From contig AP024680.1 in NCBI GenBank assembly GCA_025999275.1, forward strand, positions 492,522-556,521: a DNA stretch of 64,000 nucleotides, given 5' to 3'. Both the position numbers and the translations under genes were made by a program. Source of the DNA: Patescibacteria group bacterium (lineage in GTDB: Bacteria; Patescibacteriota; Microgenomatia; UBA8517). The notes under the pieces were generated by a model that saw only the letters and a list, made by a program, of their open reading frames with translations, was not told the origin of the DNA and made no database searches. Position 1 is the stretch's first letter. Each line of letters opens with the position of its first letter. Below, piece after piece: positions 18,593-27,278 of the stretch.

Positions 18593-19876
18593 TCAACTTT
18601 CTATAGGAAAATATTCTGGTTCTCCTTTTTCGTTTTCTTTCCAAAGCCCTTTTCCCCATTCTCCTGTATATGGATTGTAAGTACATCTTGAGTAGGGGGC
18701 TAGGTAATTTCCAGAATTTCCAACAGATACCGGTCGGCAATCATTGCAGGCATAACGATATTCGCAATCTCTACATACAGGTATTTTATCTTTAGTTATT
18801 CTCCACACCTCTTGGGTTTCTTCTGATTCAGCAATTTCTTTTAGTGATTTTTCTTTAATATTTCCTAAAGCTCTTCTTCTATAGAAAACACAGGGTATTA
18901 CTTTACCATCGGGACAAATTGATAGTTTTCCAGCAAGGCAATTGTGCCAATACATATTTCTACGAAAAGATTTTTCGCTAGTTGAAAAATCTGGTCTCAT
19001 AAAAAGAGATATTTGTTTCCTTAGTTCCATGCTGGGAATTAGTCCAGAATTTTCTGAAGTATTGTCTGGTCTTATAATGTCTGGCATTCTTGTTAACATT
19101 CCTTCTTTTTTAAGCCATCTTATTAATTCTGATAATGTGTCTTCATTTTGTTTCATAGCTATTACAGCTATTCTTACTGGCACTTTGTTTCTTCTAAGAA
19201 TTTCTATAGCTTTCATTGTTTTTTCAAAACTTCCTTTTTTTTGAGTTATTGATTCATGAGTTTTAGGGTCGAGAGAATATAGGGAAAGGGCGACAGAAAC
19301 TTTGAGATCTCTTAATATTTGAATCTTTTTTTCATCTAGTAATGTGGCGTTGGTAAAGTATTCTATTTTTTCAATTCCTACTTTTCTCATTAGTTCAAGT
19401 AGATCGTATGAATTATTACCTTCTTCTCTGTATAGATCTGGTTCTCCACCTATGATAGTAGCTGCTTTTATGCTATTTTCCCCTAATTGCATGATGATAT
19501 TTCCCCAATCTTTGAAGGTTAGGCGATCTTCATTTCTAATAGTTGCAGGTCCGAATTTGCCGTAGCAATGAATACATCTTAAGTTGCATTTTTCTGTGAG
19601 TTCTAACCATACAAATGACAATTTAACTTCTGGTGGTATTTTTTCTTGCTCTTCTAGAGATTCTTTTGTTTTGACTGCTAAACCTAAATTAAATAGAGTT
19701 TCCCAGAAATCTTCGTTATAACTTCTTTTTGTAATTACTTCTATAGCAAGTGGATTTATAGAGTATACATTACCTTTTTCAAGGTCGTATAAAGCTCCTC
19801 GTAAAGCTCCCTCGACTAGTTTTACACTTGGGCGTAGATGCCAACTTGGAGATTCTGAACTTATTTCTTTAGACAT
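18593..19876 (-). CDS. Radical SAM/SPASM-domain peptide maturase with N-terminal PqqD-like RRE
   Basis: CX3CX2C motif 'CNLRCIHC'. C-terminal SPASM-type Cys cluster 'C..SICPDGKVIPC ... CRDCEYRYACNDC' (7 Cys, room for two auxiliary Fe-S clusters). The N-terminal ~90 aa ('GALYDLEKGNVYSINPLAIEVI') resemble a PqqD/RiPP recognition element. Confidence 0.85.
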   Translation of the reverse strand: MSKEISSESPSWHLRPSVKLVEGALRGALYDLEKGNVYSINPLAIEVITKRSYNEDFWETLFNLGLAVKTKESLEEQEKIPPEVKLSFVWLELTEKCNLRCIHCYGKFGPATIRNEDRLTFKDWGNIIMQLGENSIKAATIIGGEPDLYREEGNNSYDLLELMRKVGIEKIEYFTNATLLDEKKIQILRDLKVSVALSLYSLDPKTHESITQKKGSFEKTMKAIEILRRNKVPVRIAVIAMKQNEDTLSELIRWLKKEGMLTRMPDIIRPDNTSENSGLIPSMELRKQISLFMRPDFSTSEKSFRRNMYWHNCLAGKLSICPDGKVIPCVFYRRRALGNIKEKSLKEIAESEETQEVWRITKDKIPVCRDCEYRYACNDCRPVSVGNSGNYLAPYSRCTYNPYTGEWGKGLWKENEKGEPEYFPIES

Positions 19877-19949
19877 TTTAATAGGACAGATTATAATAGT
19901 ATTATACCTTATTTTTGGTTATTTTTCTATTTTTAATGTCTTTAATTAT

Positions 19950-21971
19950 TTAATTATCATCAAAATTAATTTCTTTTATTATGGGTAATTTGCCTTTGAT
20001 TTTATATTCTTTCCAAGAATAATCTCCGTTTTTTAGGAATTGGCCCACCAGGAGTGTTGATTCGCTGGAGAGTGGCAATATTCCTATTTTGTATTTTCCT
20101 GATTTTGGGTTTAGATAAGCTGCTACATTATTTTTGTCTTTTTTGATTTTGCCTTTTGTATCAATTGTCAAAAATGTGGCAGGGTGGGCAATTATTACTA
20201 ATGCAGAGTTTGGTTCTTCATTTGCTGTTGAAGTTAATCCTGTAGTATTAGCTTCTCCTTTTAGAAAATTTATAATTGTTTGGATTCCTTCTTGGGAGTA
20301 GACCAATCCACCGTGGTTTTGATTTATTTCAAAGTTTTGTGCCCCATCAACTTTAGCGCTTTTTGAAAGTACAGTCCCATCTCCCTGATACGTGGTTTCT
20401 TTTCCTGCTGGTTTTCCTTCTTCCCAAATTCCCTCCTTTTTCTCTTTTTTGTTTGGTTCTTTGACTTTAATATTTTCTAATGTTTCAAACCCATTGCCTG
20501 AAAGAGTGGCAATTATAGTGTTGGTTTGGGAAGGAAAATTGCTTTCAAGAAGCCATTTGTTTGTATCTACTCCTTTTAGTTGTCCGTTTCTGTCTCTTAA
20601 GAAAGTGTATGTAGGGAGTAAATCCTGAAAAGAAGGTGCGATGCTTCTTAAAGTTTCCATGTCATTTTTATGATTTATCCCACAGCGTTTAATCAAGAGT
20701 GTGGCAGCAATTTTTGTTACCAAACTGTTATTCCAAATTTGACCGCCATACCAAGCAGGGTAGGCAAGAGCTGTGCCTTGATGAGGTGATCCGGCTGAGA
20801 TGTATTTATAAATTTTATTATCGTTATTGTTTTCAATATAAGCCCTTCCAACCAGTCCTCCCATGCTATGTCCGACGAAATTGATTTTCTCATTTTCTAG
20901 TAGTTGCAGGTTGTTGAGGAGATTATCAATTTCTTGATTGTGGGAGGGTATATTTTTTCTCCAGTCATAGTAGAAAGGATAAACAGTAAAGCCGTTATCT
21001 TGAAGTGACGAGATTAAAGGTTGGTAAATATCTTCTGCAAAAGGTGCCATAGTCCAATTACCAGAATAGTTATCCAATTTGCAGTTTAAAATTGCATCTG
21101 TGTTCCAGCTCGCTCCCATTCCCGGTGCGAGAATGACTTTGGTTGGAGGAGGTGTTGGTGTAGGAGTAGGTGTGAGAGTGGGGGTAGGGATGGGGGTAGA
21201 AGTGGTGGTTGGTGTGGGAGTTTCAGTTTTTATTTTTTGGACTAGGACATTGTCAAATGTAGTAGTGTTAGGGGTTTGAGGCCACACCAAAAGTCCTACA
21301 GCTCCTTCATAGAAAGGAGTGTTTGTTGAAGTTTTCTTATCAATGTAATCTATTAGAAGGTTATTATCAACGTATACTTTAATTGATACATCCTCTGTTA
21401 TGTTTAAGACCTCAATCCGTATGTTGTAGTAGACATTTGGATAATTCTCAATTTTAGATGTTGCTAGGATTGACCCATAGTTGCTTTTTAGATCTGGTGA
21501 TTTGAACAAAACTATATCATTCCCATCTGAGGTGGCGTAATGGCTTCTTAGGTCTACTTCATAAGCTGATCTTGTTTCCTTATTAAAATAGAAGAAAATT
21601 GTTTTGTCTACATTGTCTATTCCTTTTATTTTTACTGAGAAGCTGTAGTTTTTCCAACTGCTGTCTCCATTGTATGTATAGGAGTTTCTCCTTGTATTTC
21701 CACTTGGGGAAGCTGTTCCTACATATTCGCCATTATCTACATACCAATCTCCATTAAATATTTCCTCAGTCCAATCATTTGAATTACCATCATTAAAATC
21801 GTCATAGAGTAATATACTGCTTTCTCCGTGTATACTGTTTGTGGGGTTAAAAAGAGGGAGAATCACGGTTGCAATTAGTATGAAGAGGATGGGTTTTAAT
21901 AAGGTAATTATATTTTTGTTACAGGATTTTGTTCTTTTCGGTGGGTGAGAAATACCAGAAGTTGTTATCAT
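19950..21971 (-). CDS. Secreted/membrane-anchored multidomain LCAT-like alpha/beta-hydrolase (lipase/phospholipase family) with N-terminal concanavalin-like (DUF1080-type) domain
   Basis: N-terminal hydrophobic anchor, then a jelly-roll domain ('SILLYDDFNDGNSNDWTEEIFNGDWYVDNGEYVG', 'YEVDL'). This is followed by a Thr/Pro linker 'TPTPTTTSTPIPTPTLTPTPTPTPPPT'. The hydrolase domain has 'ILAPGMGAS', the LCAT-family 'YDWR' motif and the nucleophile elbow 'GHSMGG'. Confidence 0.6.
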   Translation of the reverse strand: MITTSGISHPPKRTKSCNKNIITLLKPILFILIATVILPLFNPTNSIHGESSILLYDDFNDGNSNDWTEEIFNGDWYVDNGEYVGTASPSGNTRRNSYTYNGDSSWKNYSFSVKIKGIDNVDKTIFFYFNKETRSAYEVDLRSHYATSDGNDIVLFKSPDLKSNYGSILATSKIENYPNVYYNIRIEVLNITEDVSIKVYVDNNLLIDYIDKKTSTNTPFYEGAVGLLVWPQTPNTTTFDNVLVQKIKTETPTPTTTSTPIPTPTLTPTPTPTPPPTKVILAPGMGASWNTDAILNCKLDNYSGNWTMAPFAEDIYQPLISSLQDNGFTVYPFYYDWRKNIPSHNQEIDNLLNNLQLLENEKINFVGHSMGGLVGRAYIENNNDNKIYKYISAGSPHQGTALAYPAWYGGQIWNNSLVTKIAATLLIKRCGINHKNDMETLRSIAPSFQDLLPTYTFLRDRNGQLKGVDTNKWLLESNFPSQTNTIIATLSGNGFETLENIKVKEPNKKEKKEGIWEEGKPAGKETTYQGDGTVLSKSAKVDGAQNFEINQNHGGLVYSQEGIQTIINFLKGEANTTGLTSTANEEPNSALVIIAHPATFLTIDTKGKIKKDKNNVAAYLNPKSGKYKIGILPLSSESTLLVGQFLKNGDYSWKEYKIKGKLPIIKEINFDDN
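21127..21237 (-). repeat. Imperfect 6-nt (ACN-CCN) tandem repeat encoding the Thr/Pro linker
   Basis: The plus strand shows reiterated GGTGTN/GGGGTN units ('ggtgttggtgtaggagtaggtgtgagagtgggggtagggatgggggtag...'). This is a coding microsatellite-like tract inside the lipase gene. Confidence 0.5.
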
Positions 21972-22043
21972 TTGATTGAAATTAAGTATAATTTAATAAT
22001 AAAACTACAATATTATTATTTGTCAATAGTCATTACTAGGTAA

Positions 22044-23069
22044 ATGAAAGTTTTGATGATAACTAAATATTTTTTTCCTCACGTCGGAGGGGTGGAAAGA
22101 CATGTCCAAATGGTTTGTGATGAGCTGAGCAGACGAGGAATAAAATTTACTGTTTTGACAGAAAAGTTTAGTAAAGATTTGAAATCAATTGATATTCAAG
22201 ATAAGGTGAAAGTAGTTCGTTTTAATTATCCGCCGGTGAAGTTTGTTGGTATTATTTATATCTGGTTGTGGTTAATAAAGAATTCATACTTGATTAAGGA
22301 GACCGATTTAGTTCATATACATGATGTTTTTATTTGGTATTTACCATTGAGATTTTTGTTCCCCCGAAAGCCTGTTTATATAACCTTCCATGGTTATCCG
22401 TCCTTTCCGTTGAGCAGGAAAGCCGTTTTCTATCAGAGAATAGCTGAGAGACTTACTAAGGGCAATATTTGTGTTGGAGATTTTATTGGAAAGTGGTTTG
22501 GGACAACCCCAACCATAGTTACTTATGGGGGTATTGATATAAGGAAATCTTTGGATAGTAAATTTACTCTTAATAGTTCTAAGATTGCTTTTGTTGGTCG
22601 GCTAAGTAAGCAAGTTGGGACATTAGTTTTTAAGAGAATGGTTGATATCTTAAAAGAAAGAAAGATAAGTCTTGAAGCTGTGGCTGTGGGAGATGGAGAT
22701 CTCAGGAATGAGCTGACAAATGATGGAATAAAATGCAGAGGTTTTGTCTCAGACCCTTACCCTTTTATTAGGAGATCAACATTTGTTTTTGCAACTGGCT
22801 ATTTGTCAATATTGGAAGCTTTTTCTTGTAGAAAATTGGTTTTTGTTGCTTTCGAAGACCCTCTTAGAGAAGATTATCTTAAGATGACGCCGTTTTCTAA
22901 GTGGATGGTTATTAGTAATGATCCTGAAGAATTAGCTGATAAGGTTGAATATTATATTAAGAACCCCAAAAAAGCTCAGAAAAAAATTGATGCCGCCTAC
23001 AGGTGGGTTAAAAAACAGACTTGGAGCAAAATGGCTGACAATTACGAAAAACTTTGGGGTTTAAGGTAG
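22044..23069 (+). CDS. Glycosyltransferase family 4 (GT-B) protein
   Basis: 'MKVLMITKYFFPHVGGVERHV' is the typical GT4 N-terminus. The C-terminal half has a GT-B donor-binding region. Confidence 0.65.
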   Translation: MKVLMITKYFFPHVGGVERHVQMVCDELSRRGIKFTVLTEKFSKDLKSIDIQDKVKVVRFNYPPVKFVGIIYIWLWLIKNSYLIKETDLVHIHDVFIWYLPLRFLFPRKPVYITFHGYPSFPLSRKAVFYQRIAERLTKGNICVGDFIGKWFGTTPTIVTYGGIDIRKSLDSKFTLNSSKIAFVGRLSKQVGTLVFKRMVDILKERKISLEAVAVGDGDLRNELTNDGIKCRGFVSDPYPFIRRSTFVFATGYLSILEAFSCRKLVFVAFEDPLREDYLKMTPFSKWMVISNDPEELADKVEYYIKNPKKAQKKIDAAYRWVKKQTWSKMADNYEKLWGLR

Positions 23070-23348
23070 AATTCCTTTTCTTTGTAAATCTTCTGTTCTC
23101 TTAAAGGCTTCAAGGAGTCGGAGGATAGCTTGACCTTTGTTTTCACCAAAGGTTCTAATTGTAGTAGCGCCATGGGTATTTGTAATTTCTATGGAAATTT
23201 CTATTGCTTTCGCTTTTGATAAAGGGCCAATTATTTGTATTCCTATGCCCTCGTCGGTTTTGACCTGATAGCCAAAATAATCTCCTTTTTCTTCATTTTC
23301 TACTCTATTTGGTTGTTCGACGCTCATTTGCCTGAGAATTTTAGCCAT
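23061..23348 (-). CDS. Hypothetical 95-aa protein
   Basis: Non-repetitive, protein-like composition. Convergent with the GT4 gene (9-nt overlap). No recognisable motif and no clear SD. Confidence 0.3.
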   Translation of the reverse strand: MAKILRQMSVEQPNRVENEEKGDYFGYQVKTDEGIGIQIIGPLSKAKAIEISIEITNTHGATTIRTFGENKGQAILRLLEAFKRTEDLQRKGILP

Positions 23349-23437
23349 TTTATTTTGATATTTTAATATTGTTTAACAAAATCTGATCTGTATTCTTGGT
23401 TTTATATTTTTTGTTTTTGGTGTTAGTATTCTCTTAA

Positions 23438-24427
23438 ATGAAGGTTTCAGTTTGTATTACTGTTTTTAATGAAGAAAAAACTATTAGTCGGCTTTTGCAC
23501 GCACTTCTTGATCAAACTAAAAAGCCTGATGAGATAGTTATTGTTGATGGTGGTTCAACTGATAAAACAATTGAAATAATAAAGCACTTTCAGAAAAAAG
23601 ATGCGACTATTAAACTTTTGGTTGAAAAATGTTCTATCGCCAAAGGCAGAAATCTTGCTATTAGTCTTTCAAGAAATGAAATAGTTGCTTTAACTGATGC
23701 AGGTTGTGAGCCTTATTTAGATTGGCTTGAGAAGCTAGTTTATTTCTTTAAACATAAAGAGGTTGGAATAGCAGCTGGTTTTTATGATATGAGAACCACG
23801 AATCCCTTGAATAAAGTAATTTCCTGTTATCTTGGAGTTGTTGAGGAAAGATTTGATCCGACATCATTTTTGCCTTCAACCAGAAGTGTTGCTTTAAGAA
23901 AAAGTGTTTGGGAGGAGTTGTGTGGATTTGACGAGAGTCTTGAAAGTACTGGTGAGGACACTTTATTTTTTGCCAGAGCTGTGAAACAAGGCGTGAAAAT
24001 TGTTAGAGTGAAAGAGGCTAGGGTAGTGTGGTGGGAGATTGGAGAAATGAATCTTAGAACTTTCTTTAAAAAAGTTTTTAGTTATGCAAAAGGTGATGTA
24101 AAAACAGGAATTTGGCTCCATCCTTCCAAAGGCTTAATGTCGCACAATATAAAAGCAGTTTCCGTTTTTCTTCGTTATTTCTTATTCTTATTTTTGGCTT
24201 TTAAACTTTTTCAATCTTTCAGTTCTTACTTTTGGGTGATTTTTGTATTCTTTTTGTATCTTATTTGGCCAATTTACAAGTGGCGTGATGTTTTAAAAGA
24301 GAGAAAAGAAAGAATATTTTTACCCTTGGTTCAGGCGGTTTCTGATTTTGGTATTATGGGAGGTTTCTTGGCAGGTATTTGGGAAGGTTTGTTTTCTATC
24401 TTTAAGATATCTTTTAAGATAAAATAG
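23438..24427 (+). CDS. GT2 polyprenyl-phosphate glycosyltransferase (GtrB/DPM-synthase-like) with C-terminal TM helices
   Basis: 'VCITVFNEEKTISRLLHALLDQTKKPDEIVIVDGGSTDKT' is a GT2 N-terminal fold. 'DAGCE' and an 'ED'-containing segment, with two or more C-terminal hydrophobic helices as in GtrB/ArnC. Confidence 0.65.
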   Translation: MKVSVCITVFNEEKTISRLLHALLDQTKKPDEIVIVDGGSTDKTIEIIKHFQKKDATIKLLVEKCSIAKGRNLAISLSRNEIVALTDAGCEPYLDWLEKLVYFFKHKEVGIAAGFYDMRTTNPLNKVISCYLGVVEERFDPTSFLPSTRSVALRKSVWEELCGFDESLESTGEDTLFFARAVKQGVKIVRVKEARVVWWEIGEMNLRTFFKKVFSYAKGDVKTGIWLHPSKGLMSHNIKAVSVFLRYFLFLFLAFKLFQSFSSYFWVIFVFFLYLIWPIYKWRDVLKERKERIFLPLVQAVSDFGIMGGFLAGIWEGLFSIFKISFKIK

Positions 24428-24431
24428 CTTT

Positions 24432-25649
24432 ATGGGTTATTTGAAAGATGCTATTCGCGGTATTGGTTGGATGGCATTGTTGCGCGCTTTTACTAGAGGT
24501 CTTGCTTTTGTAAGACTTGCAATTTTGGCAAGGCTACTTGATCCTTTTCAGTTTGGAATTTATGGTATTGCTTCTTTGATTCTTGCACTTCTTGAAATTT
24601 TTACAGAAACTGGGGTGAACATAGTTCTTGTTCAATCAAAATCAAAAATAACTGATTATTTAAATACAGCTTGGGTAGTCTCTATAGCAAGAGGAGTAGC
24701 CATTTCTATTTTGATGTTAATTTTTTCCTATCCAGTTTCTATTTTTTTTAAAAACCCACAATCTTTAGGGATTATATTATTTTTGAGTATAGTTCCGTTC
24801 TTAAGAGGTTTTATAAATCCAATGATAGTTAATTTTCAGAAAGAATTGGAGTTTAAAAAAGAATTCGTTTTTAGGTCAGTAATCTTTTTATTTGATGCTT
24901 TTGTTGCTATTGCTTTTGGTTTTATAACAAGGTCGGCTTACAGTCTTGCTTTTGGTTTGATGGCTGGAGCATTGCTTGAAATTTTCCTTTCTTTTTATTT
25001 GGTTAAGCCTACCCCCTCGTTTAAATTTGAGAAGGAAAAACTATTGTATGTTATAAGAAATGGTAAATGGATGACTTTTGCTGGTATTTTTGATTATTTT
25101 TTTAGAAACGGTGATGATATGGTGGTTGGCAGGATTCTGGGTGCTTCTTCATTGGGTTTGTATCAAGTTGCTTACAAGATCTCAACTCTTCCTGTTTCGG
25201 AAACAGGTCAGGTGTTTAATAAGGTCACTTTTCCTCTTTTTACTAAGATATCTAAGGATAAAAAGCTTCTTAAATCAACCTTTTGGAAGTCTTTATTTGC
25301 TGTTTCTGTTTTTGTTTTACCTTTTGGTTTAGTGCTTTTTTTGTTTGCCCATATACTTGTGCCACTAGCTTTGGGGGCAAAATGGGTTGAAATTATACCT
25401 GTCGTTCGTATCCTTGCTCTATTTGGAATAGCAAGTTCTCTACAAGGACCATTTTATTCTCTTTTTCTTGGGGTTGGTAGACAAAATTATGTTACTTACG
25501 CTTCTTTCTTGGGATTTCTAATTATGATCTTATCTATTGTTCCTTTGGTTGTGAGGTTTGGAATTGTTGGAGCGGCAGTCTCTGCTCTTTTGGGAAGTTT
25601 GGTTTCTTTTCCGCTTGTGATTTACTATTTTTCTAAAATTATAAAATGA
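24432..25649 (+). CDS. Wzx-type oligosaccharide flippase (MOP superfamily polysaccharide biosynthesis protein)
   Basis: 405 aa with about 12 TM segments. Composition and spacing are typical of PST/Wzx family members, and it sits inside the glycosyltransferase cluster. Confidence 0.5.
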   Translation: MGYLKDAIRGIGWMALLRAFTRGLAFVRLAILARLLDPFQFGIYGIASLILALLEIFTETGVNIVLVQSKSKITDYLNTAWVVSIARGVAISILMLIFSYPVSIFFKNPQSLGIILFLSIVPFLRGFINPMIVNFQKELEFKKEFVFRSVIFLFDAFVAIAFGFITRSAYSLAFGLMAGALLEIFLSFYLVKPTPSFKFEKEKLLYVIRNGKWMTFAGIFDYFFRNGDDMVVGRILGASSLGLYQVAYKISTLPVSETGQVFNKVTFPLFTKISKDKKLLKSTFWKSLFAVSVFVLPFGLVLFLFAHILVPLALGAKWVEIIPVVRILALFGIASSLQGPFYSLFLGVGRQNYVTYASFLGFLIMILSIVPLVVRFGIVGAAVSALLGSLVSFPLVIYYFSKIIK

Positions 25650-26404
25650 TGGATTTTGATGAAAGAGTTATTCCAGGTATAACTGCCAATTTTCAATTTA
25701 AAGAATCTTTAGCCCGTTATGAATTTGCTTCGAAGATTTTAAAGGGTGGTTCTTATGTTCTTGATCTTGGTTGTGGAACAGGATATGGCAGTGATTTTTT
25801 ATCAAGAAAATTTAATGTGATAGGAATTGACATTAATAAGGAAGCTATATCTTTTGCTAAGAAACATTATCCCAATTCTGCTAGATTTCTTGTTGGTGAT
25901 GTTTGTCGACTGCCTTTTGAAAGGGAAGAGTTTGATGCTATTTGTTCTTTTGAAGTTATTGAGCATATCAAAAATCCTAAAGATATGCTTTCTGAGGTTC
26001 TAAGAGTTTTAAAGAAGAGGGGATTGTTTGTTATGTCAACACCAAAAAAGGGAAAGAAAGTTATTAGTCCTTATCATTTTAAGGAGTATACCAAGGTTGA
26101 GCTTGAAAATCTTTTGAGACTTTATTTTAGTAAAGTGGAAATATTTGGGCAGTGTAAAAACAAAAAGGCTAAAAAAGCTTTTCTTGATTTCTTAAAGTCT
26201 CAACAGGCAAGGGAAAAGGTTGTAAGAAATGATGTTTTGGGTTTAAGGAGACTGTTCCCCAAGATTTTAAAAGAAAAAATCTGGAAGTATGTGGGCAACT
26301 TTTTTGGTAGAAGAAGCCAGGAATCTCTTGAAACTTCAGATTTTCCAATTGGAGCTTTTCGCCAAGAAGAGTCTGAATTTTTGATTGCAGTATGCCAGAA
26401 ATAA
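25646..26404 (+). CDS. Class I SAM-dependent methyltransferase
   Basis: Motif I 'VLDLGCGTGYGS' and motif II 'FDAICSFEVIEH'. Confidence 0.7.
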   Translation: MMDFDERVIPGITANFQFKESLARYEFASKILKGGSYVLDLGCGTGYGSDFLSRKFNVIGIDINKEAISFAKKHYPNSARFLVGDVCRLPFEREEFDAICSFEVIEHIKNPKDMLSEVLRVLKKRGLFVMSTPKKGKKVISPYHFKEYTKVELENLLRLYFSKVEIFGQCKNKKAKKAFLDFLKSQQAREKVVRNDVLGLRRLFPKILKEKIWKYVGNFFGRRSQESLETSDFPIGAFRQEESEFLIAVCQK

Positions 26405-27276
26405 AAGTTTCGATAATTATAGTTTATTATGACGGCACGGAGTCTCTTTTTAATTGTCTTAATTCAATTAAAAAGTATCCTCCCAGTTTTCCTTATGAAG
26501 TTATTGTTGTTGATAATAATGAAAAGAAGGTTATTGAAAGGGAGCTTAAGAAAGATTTTGGATGGGTAAAGTATATCAAATCTCCGAAGAATTTGGGCTA
26601 TGGAGCCGGTAATAACTTAGGGGTTAAATATTCAAGAGGCGAATATATTTTAATCTTGAATCCGGACACTAAGGTCAAAAAGGGTTCAATTGATAAATTA
26701 ATTGATTTTCTTGATAGAAATAAAGACGTTGGTGTAGTTGCTCCAAATTTAATTGACGATAAAGGCAGGGTTTTTCAACAACTTGGTTCAAGGGAGCTAA
26801 CTCCAATTAGAGGTGTTTTTGCGCTTTCTTTTTTGAATAAGATTTTTCCCAATAACCCAATTTCTAGAGGTTATTATCTTTATGATGTGCCGATGGATCA
26901 AAAAAGAGAGGCTGATGTTGTTCCCGGCTCTGCCTTTTTGATAAGAAGAAGTGTTTTTCAAGAAGTAGGTGGTTTTGATGAAAACATTTTTCTTTTTTTT
27001 GAAGAAAGTGATTTGGGCAGAAGAATAAGAAAAGCAGGGTATAAATTATTCATAATTCCTGATTCTGAAATTTTTCATTTTTGGAAGGGTAAGGGGGATG
27101 GTTCTGATAAATTAAAAAGAATCTTTAGGGAGAGCAGATTTTATTATTTTAAGAAGCATTTTGGTATATTTTCTGCTGTTTTGGTTGAAATTTTTGCCAG
27201 ATTTTCAAAGAGGATTTTTATTTTTATGATCATTTTCGTATTTTTTATTTTTGTTTTATATAATTTGTTAAGATAA
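26392..27276 (+). CDS. GT2 glycosyltransferase with C-terminal TM segment
   Basis: 'VSIIIVYYDGTESLFNCLNSI' and 'VIVVDNNEKK' form a GT2 Rossmann region. It has a DxD-like 'NPDT' and a hydrophobic C-terminus. Confidence 0.65.
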   Translation: MPEIKVSIIIVYYDGTESLFNCLNSIKKYPPSFPYEVIVVDNNEKKVIERELKKDFGWVKYIKSPKNLGYGAGNNLGVKYSRGEYILILNPDTKVKKGSIDKLIDFLDRNKDVGVVAPNLIDDKGRVFQQLGSRELTPIRGVFALSFLNKIFPNNPISRGYYLYDVPMDQKREADVVPGSAFLIRRSVFQEVGGFDENIFLFFEESDLGRRIRKAGYKLFIIPDSEIFHFWKGKGDGSDKLKRIFRESRFYYFKKHFGIFSAVLVEIFARFSKRIFIFMIIFVFFIFVLYNLLR

Positions 27277-27278
27277 TC

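Noticed and set aside
18315-18740. 141-aa track ORF extending the peptide upstream into the rSAM gene
   Set aside because: The upstream 63 codons overlap the 3' end of the rSAM/SPASM CDS in another frame and are Arg/Lys-rich nonsense. The internal Met at 18551, 41 nt after the rSAM stop, is the sensible start.
21079-21279. 66-aa 'GVGVGV' ORF on the plus strand
   Set aside because: It is the antisense reading of the Thr/Pro-linker repeat inside the lipase gene (ACN/CCN codons read backwards give GVG).
25078-25332. 84-aa plus-strand ORF inside the Wzx flippase gene
   Set aside because: It is an alternate frame of a hydrophobic membrane-protein gene, and the outer frame is continuous and convincing.
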